Part shown: positions 7,804 to 15,478 of the stretch, piece after piece
Layout of the letters: every line of letters starts with the position of its first letter
Numbering within the stretch: position 1 is the stretch's first letter
Source of the DNA: an uncultured Chloroflexia bacterium
GTDB lineage: Bacteria > Chloroflexota > Anaerolineae > Anaerolineales > Anaerolineaceae
Direction: 5' to 3'
Length of the DNA stretch: 32,000 nucleotides
Assembly: GCA_963704755.1 (NCBI GenBank)
Contig: OY969938.1
Location: 4,590,001 to 4,622,000 of the forward strand
Notes under the pieces: generated by a model
The model's input: only the letters and a program-made list of their open reading frames with translations
What the model was told of the DNA's origin: nothing
Database searches by the model: none
Made by a program: the position numbers and the translations under genes

Positions 7804-8667
7804 ATGATCGGCCGAAAATCGAATATTTCCCAACTAAAAAGATCGCTTTTATGCCTGGTCAGTTTGGGATTCATATCGGGATGTAGTTTATCCTCTTTGC
7901 AAGATGCTTTCACGTACAAAAGCTCTACGGCCGATGTAACCCAGACAGAATTTCTGTCGAGCAGCAGCACAACTTCACCTGACCTGAATTCAACGACGAT
8001 AGTGCCTGTCCAGACACCATCCCTTCAGCTTAGCCCGATCACAGCGAACGAGACACCGGTGGTGAAATTAACCGGCACCCCTGGACCCTGTGACCTGGCC
8101 AGGGCCGGAAATCCCCTGGATGTAACCCAGCCGGACGATTCGCGGGTTTCACCGGGCGAGACCTTTATCAAGACCTGGCGGTTGGAAAACATCGGCACTT
8201 GCGCCTGGTCGCAAAACTACCGGGTGGTCTGGTATTCCGGTGATCCTTTGGGGCTGACCTCTGAGCAGGAGTTAGGGGAGGCAGTCGAACCTGGCCAGAC
8301 CGTGGATATCAGCGTAGATATGGTTGCGCCGGATGATCCGGGTGTTTATGCCAGTTACTGGATGCTGCGTAATTCCTCCGGAGATTACTTCGGGCTGGGC
8401 CCGGCCGGAACCTCTCCATTTTGGGCTCGCATCCAGGTCGTGGCCGGGAATAAAGCGACCCCGCAGCCCAACCTGACCCCGGTAACGGCTGCAATCGTCG
8501 AGCGATCCGGTACGGTCCCGCTGGCGTTGGGTGATACCATCGACCTGGATTCAGGCAACCTGACGGTTTCGGATAGCGGTGATTTTGTCTACCAGCAAGA
8601 CGAAACGGACCAGTTGTTATTTACACCTGAAAACAATGCCGGCCTGGGTGTGTTTGGGCCGATTTAA
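7804..8667 (+). CDS. Lipoprotein with an NBR1-like (Ig-fold) domain, ending at an in-frame TAA
   Basis: The signal peptide carries a lipobox (LVSLGFISGC). The domain GETFIKTWRLENIGTCAWSQNYRVVWYSGDPLG...GQTVDISVDMVAPDDPGVYASYWMLRNSSGDYFG resembles the NBR1 central domain. The ATG at 7804 is preferred over the TTG at 7795. Confidence 0.8.
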   Translation: MIGRKSNISQLKRSLLCLVSLGFISGCSLSSLQDAFTYKSSTADVTQTEFLSSSSTTSPDLNSTTIVPVQTPSLQLSPITANETPVVKLTGTPGPCDLARAGNPLDVTQPDDSRVSPGETFIKTWRLENIGTCAWSQNYRVVWYSGDPLGLTSEQELGEAVEPGQTVDISVDMVAPDDPGVYASYWMLRNSSGDYFGLGPAGTSPFWARIQVVAGNKATPQPNLTPVTAAIVERSGTVPLALGDTIDLDSGNLTVSDSGDFVYQQDETDQLLFTPENNAGLGVFGPI

Positions 8668-8850
8668 CCGGGGCTGGTGGATTGCCAGGCGGAAACGCTG
8701 CAAGAAGATCCTTTAGTGGTGGCCGATTTAGACCCCAATAGTTACCTGTGTTACCGTACGAGTGAAGGCCAGATGGGCTGGATGGTGATCAACTGGCAGT
8801 CCAACGACAATATCCTGACCCTGGAATACCAGACCTGGGCTGAGCCCTGA
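8668..8850 (+). pseudogene. In-frame, stop-free 60-codon continuation of the lipoprotein ORF after the TAA at 8665-8667
   Basis: It is in the same frame as 7804-8667 and reads PGLVDCQAETLQEDPLVVADLDPNSYLCYRTSEGQMGWMVINWQSNDNILTLEYQTWAEP*. This looks protein-like (a C-terminal beta-rich module) and ends only 19 nt before the next gene. Confidence 0.5.
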
Positions 8851-8869
8851 TCAATTTTGGAGGAAAACA

Positions 8870-9925
8870 ATGGACCTGGATAATCTACAAGAGATGCATG
8901 AGCTTGACAGCGATAATATGATTTCTGAAATCGAGGGCTTGCCCGAACAACTCGAAAATGCCTGGTTGAGTGGATTGCGCCAACCCCTGGTGAACCTGGC
9001 CAAACCACACCAGGTCGTCATCGCCGGCATGGGCGGATCGGCAATTGCAGCCGATTTATTGGCGGCCTTTATCGAGCCGACCGGCAGTGTACCGGTCTTC
9101 GTAATTCGCGATTACACCCTGCCGGCCTGGGTTAAAGGCCAGGATACCCTGGTAATCACCTCTTCTCATTCCGGAAACACTGAAGAAACCCTTTCGATTT
9201 ACGCTCAGGCCGAGACGGCCAACTGCCAGATTGTGGCGCTGACCACCGGGGGAAAACTGGAAGCCCAGGCGCACCAGAACGGCCATACAGTGCTGAAATT
9301 CGAACATGAAGGCCAGCCGCGTTCAGCGGTTGGGTTTTCTTTTGGCCTGCTGCTGGCGCTATTTTACCGGCTGGAATTAATCCCCGACCCGGCTGAGCAG
9401 CTTGCCGAAGCGCTGCAGGCCATGCGAGCCCAAAAGCCGGCCCTGGGCGTTGAGTTACCTGTGAGCCAGAACCCGGCCAAACGGATGGCCGGGCAGTTGA
9501 TGGACCGCTGGATCACCGTGATCGGCTCAGGCGTGCTGTCACCGGTCGCACGGCGCTGGAAGGGCCAGTTTAGTGAGGTAGCCAAGAGCTGGGCTCAATT
9601 CGAGTTCCTGCCCGAAGCCGATCACAATACCATGGCCGGCACCGAAAACCCGGCCGATGCGCTGGCGAAGACGACCGTAATATTCCTGCAGGCGCCCTCC
9701 GATCATCCCCGCAACCGCCTGCGCAGTGAGCTGACCATGCGCGGTTTCATGCTGGCCGGCATGGGCACAGATTATTACCAGGCCAAAGGTGAGGGCCGCC
9801 TGGCCCACCTGTGGACGACCCTGCATTTCGGCGATTACGTGTCCTATTACCTGGCCATGTCCTATGGGGTCGATCCGAGCCCTATCCCGGCTATCCAGGA
9901 CCTGAAAGCGGCCATGAAGGGATGA
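8870..9925 (+). CDS. Bifunctional phosphoglucose/phosphomannose isomerase (SIS-domain PGI/PMI family)
   Basis: 351 aa. SIS motifs are present (VIAGMGGSAIAADLL, LVITSSHSGNTEETLS). A GGAGGA RBS is present. Confidence 0.85.
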   Translation: MDLDNLQEMHELDSDNMISEIEGLPEQLENAWLSGLRQPLVNLAKPHQVVIAGMGGSAIAADLLAAFIEPTGSVPVFVIRDYTLPAWVKGQDTLVITSSHSGNTEETLSIYAQAETANCQIVALTTGGKLEAQAHQNGHTVLKFEHEGQPRSAVGFSFGLLLALFYRLELIPDPAEQLAEALQAMRAQKPALGVELPVSQNPAKRMAGQLMDRWITVIGSGVLSPVARRWKGQFSEVAKSWAQFEFLPEADHNTMAGTENPADALAKTTVIFLQAPSDHPRNRLRSELTMRGFMLAGMGTDYYQAKGEGRLAHLWTTLHFGDYVSYYLAMSYGVDPSPIPAIQDLKAAMKG

Positions 9926-9934
9926 ATTTATATC

Positions 9935-9981
9935 GGGGATATTTTGATTTGCCCATGGCAAATCAAAATATCCCCAATTTT
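9935..9981 (+). terminator. Perfect 19-bp-stem palindrome plus T-tract after the PGI/PMI gene
   Basis: ggggatattttgatttgcc-cat-ggcaaatcaaaatatcccc (9935-9975) is followed by aatttttt. Confidence 0.65.
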
Positions 9982-10024
9982 TTGAAAAAACGGTGACTTT
10001 TTACTGAAACCCAAATTATTTCTA

Positions 10025-10137
10025 GTAACTACTCAGGCTCCTGTTAAGAAGTTCCCGAATTTGATGTGCGTGCGGGGGCGGAGCCCCCGCACGCACATCA
10101 AATTCGGGAACTTGTTAACAGGAGCCTGAGTAGTTAC
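10025..10137. mobile_element. MITE copy (113-bp near-perfect palindrome) with an 8-bp target-site duplication
   Basis: It begins gtaactactcaggc and ends gcctgagtagttac. The arms are 57 nt with one mismatch and the apex is gggggc-gga-gccccc. The identical flank TATTTCTA occurs at 10017-10024 and 10138-10145. Confidence 0.85.
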
Positions 10138-10149
10138 TATTTCTAAGAC

Positions 10150-10155
10150 TATAAT
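10150..10155 (+). promoter_or_regulatory. -10 box TATAAT 7 nt upstream of the cydD-like ATG (candidate leaderless start)
   Basis: The sequence reads TATAAT tgggggc ATG. The MITE end plus its TSD occupy the expected -35 region. Confidence 0.4.
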
Positions 10156-10162
10156 TGGGGGC

Positions 10163-11899
10163 ATGAAATTTGACCTGCGATTGATCCTCCAGGCCTGGAA
10201 AAGCCGTTTCTCCTGGCTTTCCGGGGTTGTGTTTGGCTTTCTGGGCGGTTTGTTGGTTATATTGCAGGCTTACCTGTTGAGCGATCTGCTCGATCAAGTC
10301 TTCCTTCAGGGGCAAACCCGCGATGGGGTGATCCCGCTGTTCGCCGGGCTGGCCGGTGTGGTCCTTGGACGGGGTATCGTCGCGTTTGGACGGGAATATT
10401 TTGCCAACCGGGTGGCCGTACAGGTCAAACAACGGCTGCGGGAAGAATTGTTCCGCCAGATAACGGCGCTCGGCCCGGCCTTCATCAACGACCAAAAGTC
10501 CGGCGAGCTGGTCAACAAGGCCACCCAGGGCATCGAAGCCCTGGATGCCTATTTTTCTCAATATTTACCGCAACTGGCTTTAGCCGCCCTGATCCCGATC
10601 AGCATTCTGGTGGTCGTTTTCCCGTCGGATTGGCTTTCCGGGCTGATCCTGTTACTGACCGCGCCGTTGATCCCGATCTTCATGATCCTGATCGGACGGG
10701 TATCGGAGAGCACCACCCGCAAACAGTGGACCGCGCTCAACCGCCTGTCCAATTACTTCCTGGATACGCTCCAGGGGTTGCGTGAATTGAAACAGCTCGG
10801 GCAAAGTGAGGCCCGTGCGCACAACGTGGCCAAAGCCTCCGACGATTACCGCCTGGCGACCATGCAGGTGTTGCGGGTTACCTTCCTCTCGGCCTTTGCG
10901 CTGGAATTTATCGCCACCATTTCTACCGCTATCATCGCGGTGCAAATCGGCTTACGCCTGCTGGCTGGCGGCATGCTTTTTCGCGAGGCGTTTTTTATCC
11001 TGGTGCTGGCCCCGGAGTTTTACCAGCCTCTGCGCATGCTCGGCCAGCGCTTTCACGCCGGCATGAACGGGGTCACGGCCGCGGGTGATATTTTCGGACT
11101 GTTGGAAATGCCCGTGCCTGGAACGGCCGGCCAGGCGAAAATCTCCCTGAGACCCCAGCGGGAGCCGGTTGAGATTTCATTCGAACAGGTCTCGTTCACT
11201 TATCCCGGGCGGGAAGACGCGGCGGTCCAGGATATTACATTTACCCTGCGGCCGGGGGAGCAGGTGGCGCTGGTCGGCGAGAGCGGCGCCGGCAAGAGCA
11301 CTTTGGCCGGCTTGCTGATGGGTTTTATCCGGGCGGATGCCGGCCAGATCCTGGCCGGGGGCAGGCCGATCGAAACACTCGATGGCAGCGATTGGCGCAA
11401 ACGGGTCACCTGGATTCCGCAAAGCCCGTATTTGTTCAATACCAGTCTGGGCGCCAACATTGCGTTGGGCAATCCGGAAGCGTCCAAGGACGAAATTCTG
11501 GGCGCGGCCGAGCAGGCTCACCTGCAAGACTTGATCGAAGCCCTGCCGGCCGGGTTGGATACCCCGGTCGGCGAGCAGGGCGTGCGCTTGAGCGGCGGCC
11601 AGGCGCAGCGGATTGCCCTGGCAAGGGCGTTTCTCCGTGACACCCCTGTGCTGGTCATGGATGAGCCCACTGCCCACCTGGATGCCGAACTGGAAGCCTG
11701 GCTGGAGGAATCGGTGCAGCGGCTGTGTCGCGGCCGGACGACCCTGGTGATCGCCCACCGCCTGCCCACCGTTATCCATTCGGATCGTATCCTGGTGATG
11801 GATAACGGCCGGATTATCGAGAGTGGGGACCATTCCGGATTGCTCCTGCGCAGCGGGGCTTATGCCACTTTGATTCGCGCTTACGGGGGTTTAGCATGA
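10163..11899 (+). CDS. cydD: ABC transporter permease/ATPase, CydD-type (thiol reductant exporter subunit)
   Basis: 578-aa fused TMD-NBD protein. It has Walker A GESGAGKST, the signature LSGGQAQRIALARA and Walker B VLVMDEPT. The CydD-like TM segment is FLSAFALEFIATISTAIIAV. It overlaps its partner gene by 4 bp (ATGA). Confidence 0.8.
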   Translation: MKFDLRLILQAWKSRFSWLSGVVFGFLGGLLVILQAYLLSDLLDQVFLQGQTRDGVIPLFAGLAGVVLGRGIVAFGREYFANRVAVQVKQRLREELFRQITALGPAFINDQKSGELVNKATQGIEALDAYFSQYLPQLALAALIPISILVVVFPSDWLSGLILLLTAPLIPIFMILIGRVSESTTRKQWTALNRLSNYFLDTLQGLRELKQLGQSEARAHNVAKASDDYRLATMQVLRVTFLSAFALEFIATISTAIIAVQIGLRLLAGGMLFREAFFILVLAPEFYQPLRMLGQRFHAGMNGVTAAGDIFGLLEMPVPGTAGQAKISLRPQREPVEISFEQVSFTYPGREDAAVQDITFTLRPGEQVALVGESGAGKSTLAGLLMGFIRADAGQILAGGRPIETLDGSDWRKRVTWIPQSPYLFNTSLGANIALGNPEASKDEILGAAEQAHLQDLIEALPAGLDTPVGEQGVRLSGGQAQRIALARAFLRDTPVLVMDEPTAHLDAELEAWLEESVQRLCRGRTTLVIAHRLPTVIHSDRILVMDNGRIIESGDHSGLLLRSGAYATLIRAYGGLA

Positions 11900-13626
11900 G
11901 AACCGTCTTGCGCCTGTTGGGCTTCCTGCGGCCTTTTTGGAAATGGGTGCTGCTATCCATGCTGCTTTCGGCAGCGACGGTCACGGCTGGAGTGGGCTTG
12001 CTGGGGACTTCGGCCTATTTGATCGCCTATGCAGCATTGCAGCCTTCGATTGCCGTCCTGGAAGTGGCGATCGTCGGGGTGCGTTTCTTTGGCATTTCAC
12101 GGGCAGCCTTTCGCTACCTGGAGCGTTTGACCTCGCACTCGGTCAATTTTCGCTTGCTGGCCGGGCTGCGCACCTGGTTCTACCGTGCCATCGAACCTCT
12201 GTCTCCGGCCCGCCTGACCCGGATCCAGAGCGGCGACCTGCTCCAACGGGCCATCGGCGACATCGAAACCTTGGAGAACTTTTATGTACGGGTGGTTGCC
12301 CCACCGGTTACGGCTTTATTGGTGACGCTGGGGATGGGCTTATTCGCCGGGCATTACCGCCCGGTCCTGGGCGTGGTACTGGCCGGCGGATTGTTGGCAG
12401 GTGCCTTGCTGGCACCGGCCATCACCTATTGGATCGGGCGTGGGCCGGGGCGCCGGCTGGTCGCGGTCCGTGCACAGGTCAACGCGACCATGCTGGAAAG
12501 CTTTCAGGGACTGGCCGATTTGACCGCCTTCGATGCCCTGGACCTGGCGGAACAATCCATGCAGGCGCAATCCGGAGAATTGACCGCAGTTCAAATGCAG
12601 GTGGCTTCCGGCAGCGGTGCAGTCGCATTTCTGGAGCAGATCCTCACCAATGGGACCATGCTGGCGGTGGTCTGGGTGGCCGTCCCCTTGGTGACCCACG
12701 GGCAGATCGATGGAATCAGCCTGGCGGTGTTGGCCCTGCTGACCCTGTCCAGCTTCGAGGTGGTTACACCTTTACCGCAGGCGGCGCAGTTGCTGGAAGG
12801 CAGCTTGCAGGCCGCCCGGCGGCTGTTCGACCTGGCCGACCAGGCCCCGGCAATCCTGGAGCCGGCCCAGCCCCAATCCCTCGACCAGCGCGACGTCCCG
12901 GTCTGCCTGGAGCACCTTACTTTCCGCTACGAGACGGAACCTGCGGCGACCTTGCAGGAAATCCATCTGGAGATCCAGCCAGGCAAGTCGATTGCCATCG
13001 TCGGGCCTTCCGGGGCGGGTAAATCCAGCCTGGTCAACGTACTGCTGCGCTTCTGGGAATTCCAGGCGGGGAGCTACTCCCTGGGAGGGGTTTCCGCGCG
13101 AGCTTTCAACTCGCAGGATGTACGCGCATGTTTCTCTGTGCTGGGACAGTCGGCCTATTTGTTCAACACCAGCGTACGCCACAACCTTCAAATGGGGAAT
13201 GTCTCTGCCGGTGACGGGCAAATGGTTTCCGCCCTGCAGCGCGCCGGGCTGAGGGACTGGTTCGAAGCGCTGCCGCAGGGTCTGGAAACCTGGGTAGGCG
13301 AACACGGTGTCCACCTCAGTGGCGGCGAGCGCCAGCGACTGGCCATCGCTCGCCTGATTTTGCAGGATAAACCCTACCTGATTCTGGACGAGCCCACCGC
13401 CAATCTGGACGCACGCACCGAGCTGGCCCTGACCGATGAATTATTGGATTTGTTTGCCGCTAAGGGGGTGATTTGGATTACTCATCGCCTGCTGCGGCTG
13501 GAAAGAATGGACGAGATCCTGGTGATGGACCGGGGCCGCATTGTCGAGCGCGGCGATCATGCCGGCCTGCTGGCCCAGGGCGGTTTGTATAGCCGTTTAT
13601 GGAATTACGAGCGGATATTGGAATAA
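11896..13626 (+). CDS. cydC: ABC transporter permease/ATPase, CydC-type (thiol reductant exporter subunit)
   Basis: 576-aa fused TMD-NBD protein. It has Walker A GPSGAGKSS, the signature LSGGERQRLAIARL and Walker B YLILDEPT. It appears translationally coupled to the preceding gene. Confidence 0.8.
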   Translation: MRTVLRLLGFLRPFWKWVLLSMLLSAATVTAGVGLLGTSAYLIAYAALQPSIAVLEVAIVGVRFFGISRAAFRYLERLTSHSVNFRLLAGLRTWFYRAIEPLSPARLTRIQSGDLLQRAIGDIETLENFYVRVVAPPVTALLVTLGMGLFAGHYRPVLGVVLAGGLLAGALLAPAITYWIGRGPGRRLVAVRAQVNATMLESFQGLADLTAFDALDLAEQSMQAQSGELTAVQMQVASGSGAVAFLEQILTNGTMLAVVWVAVPLVTHGQIDGISLAVLALLTLSSFEVVTPLPQAAQLLEGSLQAARRLFDLADQAPAILEPAQPQSLDQRDVPVCLEHLTFRYETEPAATLQEIHLEIQPGKSIAIVGPSGAGKSSLVNVLLRFWEFQAGSYSLGGVSARAFNSQDVRACFSVLGQSAYLFNTSVRHNLQMGNVSAGDGQMVSALQRAGLRDWFEALPQGLETWVGEHGVHLSGGERQRLAIARLILQDKPYLILDEPTANLDARTELALTDELLDLFAAKGVIWITHRLLRLERMDEILVMDRGRIVERGDHAGLLAQGGLYSRLWNYERILE

Positions 13627-13668
13627 CCTGTAGGTTTTCGCACGAAACCTTAGAGAAGCCCTCACCCC

Positions 13669-13698
13669 AACTCCTCTCCCAATTCTGGGAGAGGAGTT
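13669..13698 (+). terminator. Hairpin after the cydC-like gene
   Basis: aactcctctccca (13669-13681) pairs with tgggagaggagtt (13686-13698). The following T-tract is weak. Confidence 0.5.
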
Positions 13699-13702
13699 TA
13701 GA

Positions 13703-13759
13703 ATAAATACAAAAAAGGGTTGCGGTCGCTATGCGACCGCAACCCTTTTTTGTATTTAT
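13703..13759. repeat. Stand-alone perfect palindrome (27-bp stem, 3-nt loop)
   Basis: The sequence is ataaatacaaaaaagggttgcggtcgc-tat-gcgaccgcaacccttttttgtatttat. Confidence 0.85.
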
Positions 13760-13762
13760 ATT

Positions 13763-13874
13763 GTAACTACTTAGCTATCGCAGAGGTTTAGGGCGTTTTT
13801 ATTATTTTTTGTGCGCTTCGCGCACAAAAAATAATAAAAACACCCTCGCCTTGCGCACTTGCCTGAGCAGTTAC
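13763..13874. mobile_element. MITE copy (112 bp) with an 8-bp target-site duplication
   Basis: The termini are gtaactacttagc...gcctgagcagttac. The core hairpin is gggcgtttttattattttttgtgcgc-ttc-gcgcacaaaaaataataaaaacaccc. The identical flank TTTATATT occurs at 13755-13762 and 13875-13882. Confidence 0.85.
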
Positions 13875-13913
13875 TTTATATTTTAGTAATTCATACAGGT
13901 CTACATGAAGGCT

Positions 13914-13960
13914 GTTTATACTATTTTTTGCATGCGTCGCATGCAAAAAATAGTATAAAC
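13914..13960. repeat. Stand-alone perfect palindrome (23-nt arms, single central nucleotide), 6 nt beyond the stop of the minus-strand CpXC gene
   Basis: The sequence is gtttatactattttttgcatgcg-t-cgcatgcaaaaaatagtataaac. Confidence 0.85.
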
Positions 13961-13966
13961 CCACTT

Positions 13967-15322
13967 TTATTTATTCATTGCCGTCATCATCGAGACGCGC
14001 AAGGCGATGCGATGGATCTCTTTCAGTTTGGCGATAATCTCTTCCGGCTGGTCCTGGGTTTCGCTTTGGTTGATCAACTGCGACAACAACTGGATGAACT
14101 CCGGGGTGACCATGTCGCTGTTATCTTTGAGGATCTTCATGCGATCATCGTAACTTTCGGTGTCCAGAAGCTGCTCGATCAGCGCCAGTTCCGGCGGAGG
14201 AGCCGAGGCTTCCTCGATGAATTTGTTGATTTTTTGGAGTTTGGCGATCTTTTCCAGGTCGGCATTGGCGCGGGCGGCCTGCAGCTCGCTCTGGAGCAGT
14301 TCGACGAAAGTCTCGTCGATTTCTTCCAGGTGCTGCTGGAGCGCCTGTTCTACGTCCGGTTCGGACAGGATCTGGTTCAATACTTTACGTGTGTCTTCGG
14401 TTTGCAAGCGAGCCTGTTCGTCCATTTTGGCGGTAAATTCCAACAGTTTGTCCCGCAGTACTTCCAGTTTCGTTTTCTCGTCACCTTCGGCCGCATTGAT
14501 CCGCTCGGTCAGCATCTGGTAGAACTGGTAATCCAGGCCAGTGCGGGCCATCCCCACCAGGGTGGAAAGACGGATCGGTTTTTCGGCAGCGTCGATGATC
14601 AATTCCAATAGGGTTTCGCGGGTCAGGCCTTTCTTACCGGCCTCCTGCAAATCTTTGATCGCTTCCTGCACTTCCTGGGATTGAATTTGCAGTTCCTGGC
14701 CGACCTTGGTTTGGGTGATCAGCTCCTGCTGTAAATCCGAGAGCATTCGAGCGCCACGCTGATCTCCCTGGCCCATGGTAGCCTCGATTAAGCGGCCCAA
14801 CATGACAAAGAAGGTTTGGTCGATCAGGGCTTCTTCCTGTTTGATTACCTCAGCGCGATCGACTGCCTGGGGAATGCTCAACAGGCGCTGCAGCAGGTTG
14901 AGTTTCTTCTGCTGCTCATCGATCATTTCTTTGCTGATCCCATCCCCTTCGAGAATTTTCTCGATCATGGTCTGGAAGGTAAACATGGCCTGGGGGCGCA
15001 GCAAGTAAGCCTTGCGTTTTTCGGGCGGGAGTTTGTTGGTCACCTGGGTGATCATTGGCCCGAGCAATTTTTCCTGCTCGTTGAGCGGCAGGCCCAGTTC
15101 AGAGGGGACGAAGGTGAGCAAAAGCTCTTTGCCCGGATCGTGGTATACGATAGGGGTACTTAACATGCCCTGATATCCGCAGGTTGGGCAGTTGACATTG
15201 TTTACCTGGCCGTTCAACAGGCGCTGTTTGGCCTGCGGATCGACATTAAGGTCGAATAGCTGCTCGACATCAGCGATGAGCGGAGATTTACAGCGGGGGC
15301 ACGACGTTTGTATTTTTGCCAT
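13967..15322 (-). CDS. CpXC-type zinc-ribbon protein with a long acidic alpha-helical C-terminal region
   Basis: 451 aa. The N-terminus has two CxxC pairs (CPRCKS ... CPTCGYQG) in a CpXC-domain-like arrangement. The rest is E/Q/L-rich and predicted helical. An AAGGTG RBS is present. Confidence 0.8.
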   Translation of the reverse strand: MAKIQTSCPRCKSPLIADVEQLFDLNVDPQAKQRLLNGQVNNVNCPTCGYQGMLSTPIVYHDPGKELLLTFVPSELGLPLNEQEKLLGPMITQVTNKLPPEKRKAYLLRPQAMFTFQTMIEKILEGDGISKEMIDEQQKKLNLLQRLLSIPQAVDRAEVIKQEEALIDQTFFVMLGRLIEATMGQGDQRGARMLSDLQQELITQTKVGQELQIQSQEVQEAIKDLQEAGKKGLTRETLLELIIDAAEKPIRLSTLVGMARTGLDYQFYQMLTERINAAEGDEKTKLEVLRDKLLEFTAKMDEQARLQTEDTRKVLNQILSEPDVEQALQQHLEEIDETFVELLQSELQAARANADLEKIAKLQKINKFIEEASAPPPELALIEQLLDTESYDDRMKILKDNSDMVTPEFIQLLSQLINQSETQDQPEEIIAKLKEIHRIALRVSMMTAMNK

Positions 15323-15468
15323 GGAATCAATTCACCTTTTAATTATCATTCGGGGAAAAGTCGAAGCCACGCGCATACCCTCCTCTGGATCAGGGTGGGT
15401 CGCTTTCGTTCAATTTAAAACCGGCCTGGGCTGCCTTACCCCGTATTTCGGTTGTGCCAATATGCGAA

Positions 15469-15477
15469 ATTATACCA
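15469..15477 (-). promoter_or_regulatory. Extended -10 promoter TGGTATAAT for the CpXC gene, followed by a ~140-nt leader
   Basis: The reverse complement of 15469-15477 is TGGTATAAT. It lies directly after the kinase stop codon (15479-15481). Confidence 0.45.
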
Positions 15478-15478
15478 C

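Noticed and set aside
11937-13022. 361-aa ORF in an alternative plus-strand frame inside the cydC-like gene
   Set aside because: It is a Gly/Arg/Pro-rich low-complexity translation typical of an off-frame read-through in GC-rich coding DNA. It lies entirely inside a gene with clear ABC motifs.
13859-14611. 250-aa plus-strand ORF antisense to the CpXC gene
   Set aside because: It starts inside repeat and hairpin DNA, has no RBS and has skewed F/L/Q/D composition. It mirrors the codon structure of the well-supported minus-strand gene.
15323-15468. c-di-GMP-I (GEMM-I)-like riboswitch in the CpXC leader (minus strand: GGCACAACCGAAAUACGGGGUAAGGCAGCC...)
   Set aside because: The resemblance is superficial. 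The conserved ACGCAAAGC core and a proper GNRA-tetraloop/receptor hairpin are absent. It would need cmsearch to revisit.
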